From Planctomycetota bacterium (lineage in GTDB: Bacteria > Planctomycetota > Planctomycetia > Pirellulales > Pirellulaceae), in assembly GCA_036150515.1 (NCBI GenBank), contig JAYZPA010000115.1:1644-65643 (forward strand): a DNA stretch of 64,000 nucleotides, in the 5' to 3' direction. The position numbers and the translations under genes were made by a program. Of the stretch, positions 57,614-64,000 are shown piece by piece (positions within the stretch are counted from its first letter, which is position 1; every line of letters begins with the position of its first letter). The notes beneath the pieces were generated by a model that did no database searches, had not been told where the DNA came from, and saw only the letters and a program-made list of their open reading frames with translations.

Positions 57614-58630
57614 TTATCGGGGAGTGAAGGGGTTTTGATTTGCCTGTTGCTCAGCGGCTTGAGCGGGGGGGGCCGTATAAACAACTTTTTTCCAACCTGT
57701 CGGAAGAACGGGTTCAAAAAAATTGCGAAAGAACGGATTCAGTTTATCCCAGGTGGACGCAAAATTGACTTCACGGTCTTTGAAATTGAAAACGGTTCGC
57801 GAATGGTTTTTCCCTTTCACGTAACTGCGGTCGAATATCACCAGTCCGGTTGGCAGGAAATCTTCTGTGCTGATGATAATGTGGATGCGTTGATAATTGC
57901 CGGCGTCCTGAATTGATTTAGGATACGCTTCGAGCCAGATTTCGTTTTTCGCATTTGGGGAAGTAATGGCGCGAACCCAAAATCGTTGCTTAATATCGGC
58001 AGCATGGGCACCAAACAAAAACGGCAGGGGACCATGGATGATATTTTTCCCCTGAAGCTGCGTGGGCAGGACCTGTTGAATCAGTCGTTGGTTGTTGTAA
58101 TCGTATTCGAAAATACTCTTGCCGTCACATACCCAGTATTCGCCGTGCGTGCCGGGAATGGATTTGTAAGTCGGTTTGGTCTGGGGATTGACCGGTGCGT
58201 GATACGAGAGGATTTCTTCCACTTTGAACATCCCTTTGTCAGGATCAGCAAACTGAATTTTGCCAGTGCTGTACGTCTTGAATGCCTGAGGTGGCCCATA
58301 CACCGTATCGAATTGCCAGCGTTGGAAATTAGTTCGATAGAGTTCGACTTTTTCTGTTCTCTGTTGCCAATACAGGAGCACGCGGTCTACATACTCGCTG
58401 TGTTTCGCCGGCAGCGGAATGAATGCAGGAGGTTGAATCTGACGGGCAGGTTTTGGTTTGTCCGGATTCGCAGTAAGACCGATGGGGTTTCCGACTTCAG
58501 GTCGAATTTGAGTTGCTGTGGGTTCTCGTGCAGGTTGCGCTGGCAGGGTGGCTCCTGGCAGGGCAAAAAGGAGGAGCAACGCAAGGTTGCCAAAATGAAA
58601 TTTGATGAGTGACACCATTTTAGAATCCAT
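57614..58630 (-). CDS. Secreted hypothetical protein
   Basis: ORF 57614..58702. The likely start is 58630 or 58618, giving the signal peptide MVSLIKFHFGNLALLLLFALPGATLPA. It has a Pro-rich linker followed by a ~250-aa globular region. I can verify no family. Confidence 0.55.
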   Translation of the reverse strand: MDSKMVSLIKFHFGNLALLLLFALPGATLPAQPAREPTATQIRPEVGNPIGLTANPDKPKPARQIQPPAFIPLPAKHSEYVDRVLLYWQQRTEKVELYRTNFQRWQFDTVYGPPQAFKTYSTGKIQFADPDKGMFKVEEILSYHAPVNPQTKPTYKSIPGTHGEYWVCDGKSIFEYDYNNQRLIQQVLPTQLQGKNIIHGPLPFLFGAHAADIKQRFWVRAITSPNAKNEIWLEAYPKSIQDAGNYQRIHIIISTEDFLPTGLVIFDRSYVKGKNHSRTVFNFKDREVNFASTWDKLNPFFRNFFEPVLPTGWKKVVYTAPPAQAAEQQANQNPFTPR

Positions 58631-58724
58631 TGCGGGGTCAATCCGCTGGGAACGAATCATACTGACGGGCGCGGGGAATTTTAGCAGGAAAGTGAAGGTC
58701 ATTGCTAGATAGGTTTTCCGCAGC

Positions 58725-59324
58725 TCAATTTTCCTGGATCAGATGCTGGATGCACTCCCGGGCCTGACGGGTATCGGCAATAATATGGTCAGCCAGAGCG
58801 TGCCAGTCGGAGGAACCCGGGGTTCGTTGATGTGCAAACCAGATTGTACAGCAACCAGCGCGGCGGCCAGCCTCAAGATCAAATTGATAATCGCCAACCA
58901 TGGCGACCTCGGAAGGTGTCAAATCCCATTGTTCGATGATCTCCAGAAGCGCCCAGGGGTCGGGTTTGATAGGTCCTTCTTCCCGGCCGATGACCGGATC
59001 AAATAAGAAGGGTATGGTCTGTAGCATTTGCAGGGCGAATTCTCGACGATTTCGAGTCACGATCGCCATCGGCAGTCCCTGTCGGGAAATGAACTGCAGC
59101 ATTTCTATAATGCCGGGGAAGGGTTGAGATTGAGCCACCCCCAGTCGCTCATGGCGGGCTAAAATTTCCTGACAGCGTTGCCGTTCAGCGCCGTGCATTT
59201 GTTGGAGTGTTTCCAGGATCGGTGCGTTATCTCCGATGCCCATATCTCGTCGCATGGCAGTAAAATCAAGCTGGGAATCAACTAAGGTTCCGTCAAGATC
59301 GAAAATGACACCCTGAATACTCAT
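58725..59324 (-). CDS. HAD superfamily hydrolase (phosphoglycolate phosphatase-like subfamily IA)
   Basis: ORF 58725..59348; the ATG at 59324 gives MSIQGVIFDLDGTLVDS (DxDGT motif I). Other motifs are VTRN and GDYQFDLEAGRRAG. Confidence 0.8.
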   Translation of the reverse strand: MSIQGVIFDLDGTLVDSQLDFTAMRRDMGIGDNAPILETLQQMHGAERQRCQEILARHERLGVAQSQPFPGIIEMLQFISRQGLPMAIVTRNRREFALQMLQTIPFLFDPVIGREEGPIKPDPWALLEIIEQWDLTPSEVAMVGDYQFDLEAGRRAGCCTIWFAHQRTPGSSDWHALADHIIADTRQARECIQHLIQEN

Positions 59325-59394
59325 GGAAATTACCAGCAGCTTAGGCAAGGGGGATTATCCACATGGATGGACGCAAATTCCCCGTTTGCAGGAT

Positions 59395-60258
59395 TCAAAG
59401 ATATTGTTTGGGAATGGTTAGTCCCATATCCCGCATTAGAAATTTGATATCCTCCCAGACGTCTCGTTTTTTGGCCGGGTTACGCAGGATATATGCGGGA
59501 TGATAGGTGCAGAGGACTTTAATCTCATTTTGCATATGGAATGTCCCCCTCAACTCACCAATCGCCGTTGTGACCTGCAGGAAAGACTTAGCAGCCACAG
59601 CACCCAGACAGACGATATATTCGGGTTGGATGATCTCCAGTTGGCGCTTCAAAAAACCGCTGCAGTTTTCCTGCTCTTCGGGTGAGGGATTACGGTTCCC
59701 CGGTGGTCGGCATTTGATGGTATTGAGGATATAGACATCTTCGCGCTGAATCCCCATGGCCTGAATGATCTCGTTTAGCTTTTTCCCGGCACGGCCGACA
59801 AACGGTTCGCCCTGTCGATCTTCATCCGCTCCCGGAGCCTCCCCGTAGAATACTAATCGGGCATTGGGATTGCCGACACCGAAGACCGTCAGATTCCGGG
59901 TGTCGGCCAGTTCCTGACAGGCGCTACAGGCAGCGACTTCTTTAGCAATGACATCAAGCTGTATTTGTTGTTGGTTGGGCATAGAGGTATCGGGGGTTGG
60001 TTCGGTAGGTGCCGTTGAGTCAGGCTCGGTTACCGGGTTGGTTTGGGTAGTGAGGACTGCTGGGGCAGCGATCGGGTCGGATTCCCCCGGATTTGATCCA
60101 GAGGTTGATACAAGAGAGGGAGCAACGCTGGTTATCTCAGGGGTTGAAGGAAGGTGAGTCAATCCTGCTCGTTTAAGACTTTCCAGTCGCTGACGGATGG
60201 CCTTGTGCAGACGAGCGTGGTTTACTTCCGGGGTGGATGACGCAGGATGATCAGTCAT
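59395..60258 (-). CDS. Uracil-DNA glycosylase family 4 with a ~110-aa Pro/Thr/Ser-rich N-terminal extension
   Basis: Motifs are CSACQEL (Fe-S cysteines), VFYGEAPGADEDRQGEPFVGRAGKKLN and YHPAYILRNP. Confidence 0.85.
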   Translation of the reverse strand: MTDHPASSTPEVNHARLHKAIRQRLESLKRAGLTHLPSTPEITSVAPSLVSTSGSNPGESDPIAAPAVLTTQTNPVTEPDSTAPTEPTPDTSMPNQQQIQLDVIAKEVAACSACQELADTRNLTVFGVGNPNARLVFYGEAPGADEDRQGEPFVGRAGKKLNEIIQAMGIQREDVYILNTIKCRPPGNRNPSPEEQENCSGFLKRQLEIIQPEYIVCLGAVAAKSFLQVTTAIGELRGTFHMQNEIKVLCTYHPAYILRNPAKKRDVWEDIKFLMRDMGLTIPKQYL

Positions 60259-60419
60259 AGGAGCGAATGAAGAGGGTAAGGAATGCCTGCTTGAAAAGTG
60301 GAATTATAACGGTTTCTCAGACTATAGGAACATATATTCTATTCACATCCTGAATTCCACGTCCGGCCGTGCTGGAAGCTGTCGACGTTGCGGTCCGATA
60401 GGGATATCATGAAGCGGAT

Positions 60420-61781
60420 ATGGCTCTTCCAAAAGTAGTAATCATTGGTCGCCCGAACGTTGGGAAATCTAGCATTTTCAATTGGCTTGCCGGTCGGCGG
60501 TTGGCCATTGTTGATGATGTCGCGGGAGTTACGCGCGATCGTATGGTTCACTTATTACGTCACAAAGAGGTGTTTTTTGAGATTGTGGATACCGGCGGCA
60601 TCGGTATCAACGACGTCGATGATCTGAGTGAGGAGATTGAAGATCAGATTCAGATTGCGATGGATTCAGCAGACGTCATCTTATTTGTCGTCGATACGCG
60701 CAGCGGGATGTTGCCACTGGATAAAGAAGTTGCCCGGCGATTACGCTATATCGACAAGCCCGTGATCTGTGTTGCCAATAAAACGGATGAGGCAAAGATG
60801 GATCCGGATGCCGATGAGTTCTATCAACTGGGAAAGGGCAAGTTGATTCGCGTCAGTGCTTTGCAGAACCGGAACCGAGAATTATTGCTGGACATGATTA
60901 CGGAACGAGTTCCGCAATTGAGTGAAGAGGAATTGATGCAGGAGAATATCGAGCCCGGTGAAATGAAAGTGGCTTTGGTAGGGCGCCGTAATGTGGGCAA
61001 GAGCACATTCATTAATTCACTTACCAAAGCAGAGCGGATGATTGTCAGCGAAGTTGCCGGTACCACACGCGACAGCGTGGACGTTCGTTTTGATTTGGAT
61101 GGAAAGTCCTTTATTGCGATCGATACACCTGGATTACGAAAACGGAAAAGCGTGCGCACGGATGTTGAATTCTACAGTACGCATCGTGCTCAGCGGAGCA
61201 TCCGCCGTGCGGATGTGACGTTGATGTTTTTTGATTGTTCACAACGGATTAGCCAGGTGGACAAACAACTCTGCCAATATATTATCGAGAATTACAAGCC
61301 TTGCATGTTCGTCGTCAATAAATGGGATTTGATGGTGCAACACATGCCCACGGAACGGTGGGTTACGTATTTACGGGATACGTTCCAGACGATGTGGCAT
61401 GTCCCGATCGCATTTATCACAGGGCAGACGGGCAAGAATATGAAAGCCCTTTTGAATCATGCTCAGATGTTATACAAACAATCCCGACAGCGCGTTTCAA
61501 CCAGTTTTTTGAATCGTCTTATTCAAACCGCGGTGGATCGTCATCCTCCGCCGGTTTATAAAAATCGCCGTCCGAAAATTTACTATTGCAGTCAGGTCAG
61601 TACCGAGCCGCCAACGATTGTTGTGAAATGCAATAATCCCAAGGCGTTTGCCCCGGATTACCGTCGATATTTGTTAGGCGTATTAAGGGATCAACTGGAA
61701 TTTGGTGAGGTTCCAATTAAACTGTATTTGCAGAAGCGCGAGAGTGCTGACAAACGCGATGAAATTGGCACCATTGGTTGA
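60420..61781 (+). CDS. der: Ribosome biogenesis GTPase Der (EngA)
   Basis: It has two GTPase domains (GRPNVGKSSIFN...DTGG...NKTD and GRRNVGKSTFIN...DTPG...NKWD) plus a KH-like C-terminus. Confidence 0.95.
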   Translation: MALPKVVIIGRPNVGKSSIFNWLAGRRLAIVDDVAGVTRDRMVHLLRHKEVFFEIVDTGGIGINDVDDLSEEIEDQIQIAMDSADVILFVVDTRSGMLPLDKEVARRLRYIDKPVICVANKTDEAKMDPDADEFYQLGKGKLIRVSALQNRNRELLLDMITERVPQLSEEELMQENIEPGEMKVALVGRRNVGKSTFINSLTKAERMIVSEVAGTTRDSVDVRFDLDGKSFIAIDTPGLRKRKSVRTDVEFYSTHRAQRSIRRADVTLMFFDCSQRISQVDKQLCQYIIENYKPCMFVVNKWDLMVQHMPTERWVTYLRDTFQTMWHVPIAFITGQTGKNMKALLNHAQMLYKQSRQRVSTSFLNRLIQTAVDRHPPPVYKNRRPKIYYCSQVSTEPPTIVVKCNNPKAFAPDYRRYLLGVLRDQLEFGEVPIKLYLQKRESADKRDEIGTIG

Positions 61782-61858
61782 CCTGTCGATTGGAAGTGGA
61801 CGTGTCGGTTTGAAGCTGCTGTAAAATGCCTCCCTCTGTCGTGAATCCAAGGTAAGCC

Positions 61859-62800
61859 ATGATAACTGCATCGGATACAAATGAACCTCGAGGTCAGTCA
61901 TCGCGTTTGCGTGGTGTGATGGCCTTGATTCGTCCTCACCAATGGACCAAGAACCTATTGGTGATGTTGCCATCGCTGTTAGCTCATACGTTATTCCATA
62001 CCGGCGTATGGCAGGATGTGGCATTGGCTTTTGTAAGTCTTAGCCTGTGTGCTTCGGCTGTCTATGTTCTCAATGATCGCATGGATTATCGCGCTGATCG
62101 TCTCCATGAGCAGAAGCGATCGCGGGCGTTTGCCAGTGGGGCGGTACCCCTGTCCTGGGCACCCTGGCTGATCGGCGTGTTGGTCGTTGCGGGTCTTGCC
62201 ATTGCATGGAAATGCATCCCGCATGCGTTCGTAGCATGTCTGTTGTTCTACTTAACCATTACGACCTGCTATACGTTTTGGCTGAAGCGACTTGCGATTT
62301 TGGATGTGCTGGTATTGGGGGGCTTGTATTCGACTCGCATTATCATGGGTGGACTGGCCACGGAAACCTCTGTCAGTGTCTGGTTACTGGCTTTTTCTAT
62401 GTTCATTTTTTCCAGTATGGCCTTTGGAAAACGCTACAGCGAGTTATGGCGTTTACAACAAATCGATGCGGAAAATAAGGAACCTTTACGACGCCGGGGA
62501 TATGATTCCAAGGACCTCTCTCTGGTTCTGAATTTAGGGATCACTACAGGACTCATGGCCGTACTTGTGCTCGCACTTTATATCGACTCAGACTCGGCGA
62601 AGGCAAATTATATTTACCCGCAGGCGTTGTGGGGAGTTTGTGTCGTCGTGTTTTACTGGATCTGTAATTTCTGGCTCAACGCGCATCGCGGACGAATGGA
62701 CGAGGATGTTGTGAAATATGTTTTTCTGAACTGGTCGAGCTGGGGGAGTGCCGTCATTATTGCGGTTTGTTGTGCCATAGCCGTCTGGCCCTCGGGTTAA
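61859..62800 (+). CDS. UbiA-family prenyltransferase, decaprenyl-phosphate phosphoribosyltransferase-like
   Basis: A multi-TM protein. Motifs are HQWTKNLLV, the NDxxD motif YVLNDRMDYRADRLHEQKRSRAFASG, and a second D-rich region. Confidence 0.75.
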   Translation: MITASDTNEPRGQSSRLRGVMALIRPHQWTKNLLVMLPSLLAHTLFHTGVWQDVALAFVSLSLCASAVYVLNDRMDYRADRLHEQKRSRAFASGAVPLSWAPWLIGVLVVAGLAIAWKCIPHAFVACLLFYLTITTCYTFWLKRLAILDVLVLGGLYSTRIIMGGLATETSVSVWLLAFSMFIFSSMAFGKRYSELWRLQQIDAENKEPLRRRGYDSKDLSLVLNLGITTGLMAVLVLALYIDSDSAKANYIYPQALWGVCVVVFYWICNFWLNAHRGRMDEDVVKYVFLNWSSWGSAVIIAVCCAIAVWPSG

Positions 62801-62819
62801 GTTCAGGGAGATCTTGACC

Positions 62820-64000
62820 GTGAATGAACCGTCTGATGACACGAATGAATCCCTGAATTTACAGCGGCTTGCTGGATGGGGTAATTTTCGTCCTGATTTA
62901 GCGCGTCTGGTAATGGCACCGAACCTCCGTGCACTGCAGGCGACGTTGTCGCACGATACCTCTTCGAATTTTATTGCCCGTGGTTTGGGGCGTAGTTATG
63001 GTGATTCGGCGGTGAATTATGTCGGTGCGGTGCTTTGCCAGACTCCCCGCAATCGATTCCTGGATTTCGATTCCCATTCCGGATTACTGACATGTGAAGC
63101 CGGCGTGTCGCTGGCGGAGATCATCGAGTGTTTTCTTTATCGTGGCTGGTTTTTGCCTACGACGCCCGGTACGAAACATATTACCGTGGGTGGTGCCATT
63201 GCCGCTGACGTTCATGGGAAAAACCACCATGGCGAGGGAAGTTGGGGGAACTTTGTTACTCGTTTCAGGCTGCTGACTGCCGATGGTACGGTGCGTGAAT
63301 GTTCCCGCAGTGAAAATCAGGAGGTATTCCACGCGACGCTCGGGGGTATGGGACTGACGGGAATTATTCTTGATGCTTCAATCCAGCTAACCCCTGTCTC
63401 GACAGCCTTTGTCCATGTTCATCAGCGCAGATCCCGCAATCTCGAGGAAACTCTGGATATGCTGACCGAAACCGAAGCGAGCTACCGTTATAGCGTGGCC
63501 TGGATCGACTGTCTGAGTCGCGGTAAACATCTGGGACGTTCCGTCGTCATGCTGGGCAACGATGCTGAGGTTGATCAGCTTCCGAAGAACCGCCGGCAAG
63601 ATGCCTGCCGATTACCCCGGAGACGAGGATGGGCGGTACCCTGTTACTTTCCACGTTGGGTTCTAAATCCATGGTCGATCAAAGCATTCAATTGCCTGTA
63701 TTACCATACTCATCGTCAGGCGGATTTGATCGTTGATTTTGATCGCTTTTTTTATCCTTTGGATAGCATTCGATACTGGAATCGTATTTATGGACGACCT
63801 GGATTTGTACAGTATCAGGCTCTTTTTCCAAAAGAAACCTCGCAACAGGGTATGCGAAAACTAATGGATGTCATTACTGAATCGGGTCAGGGCTCCTTTC
63901 TGGCGGTCCTGAAAAGTAGCGGTGCAGCAAACGAAGGAGCGCTGTCTTACTTGTTTAAGGGGCATACCTTAGCCTTGGACTTTCCCTATCGGGGAATCAG
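62820..64000 (+). CDS. FAD-dependent oxidoreductase, DprE1-like (decaprenylphosphoryl-beta-D-ribose 2'-oxidase family); the 3' end lies beyond the window
   Basis: Absent from the ORF track because it runs off the window. My translation from the GTG at 62820 (GGGAG is 9 nt upstream) gives VNEPSDD...ARGLGRSYGDSA...TPGTKHITVGGAIAADVHGKNHH...LGGMGLTGIIL...VAWIDC... The frame stays open to position 64000. Confidence 0.8.
   Translation, partial: MNEPSDDTNESLNLQRLAGWGNFRPDLARLVMAPNLRALQATLSHDTSSNFIARGLGRSYGDSAVNYVGAVLCQTPRNRFLDFDSHSGLLTCEAGVSLAEIIECFLYRGWFLPTTPGTKHITVGGAIAADVHGKNHHGEGSWGNFVTRFRLLTADGTVRECSRSENQEVFHATLGGMGLTGIILDASIQLTPVSTAFVHVHQRRSRNLEETLDMLTETEASYRYSVAWIDCLSRGKHLGRSVVMLGNDAEVDQLPKNRRQDACRLPRRRGWAVPCYFPRWVLNPWSIKAFNCLYYHTHRQADLIVDFDRFFYPLDSIRYWNRIYGRPGFVQYQALFPKETSQQGMRKLMDVITESGQGSFLAVLKSSGAANEGALSYLFKGHTLALDFPYRGI

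Overview
This is a 64-kb chromosomal window at roughly 50% GC, densely coded on both strands. I support about 58 protein genes, 2 tRNAs, 1 riboswitch, a few terminators and three repeat or operator-like elements. The gene content includes a YTV-type 16-residue repeat protein, a PTPMT1-type phosphatase, a PQQ beta-propeller and many signal-peptide proteins. That mix suggests a Planctomycetota (Planctomycetaceae/Gimesia-like) genome, but this is inference only because no search was possible. Most of the window is housekeeping: ppdK, rex, serS, pyrG, kdsB, uvrC, der, clpS, mtaB, rdgB, psd/pssA and two cysteine desulfurases. It also carries a five-gene Opp/Dpp-type peptide ABC operon, a CUT1 sugar ABC system next to a YjhG/YagF-type sugar-acid dehydratase, and an NfeD-NfeD-FloA flotillin operon. 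I saw no CRISPR array, transposase, integrase, phage genes or recognisable defence system. Four features are missing from the ORF track. They are a window-truncated TonB-dependent receptor preceded by a cobalamin riboswitch, a 29-codon bS22-like ribosomal protein gene, a window-truncated DprE1-like oxidase, and a roughly 160-nt long-hairpin element. That hairpin lies between an orphan mraZ-like gene, which has duplicated palindromic operator-like 19-mers upstream, and an atypically long RNase HII-like gene. I consider that locus the best candidate for something undescribed, and I cannot demonstrate a novel system from sequence alone. All family assignments come from motif recognition by eye and from memory.
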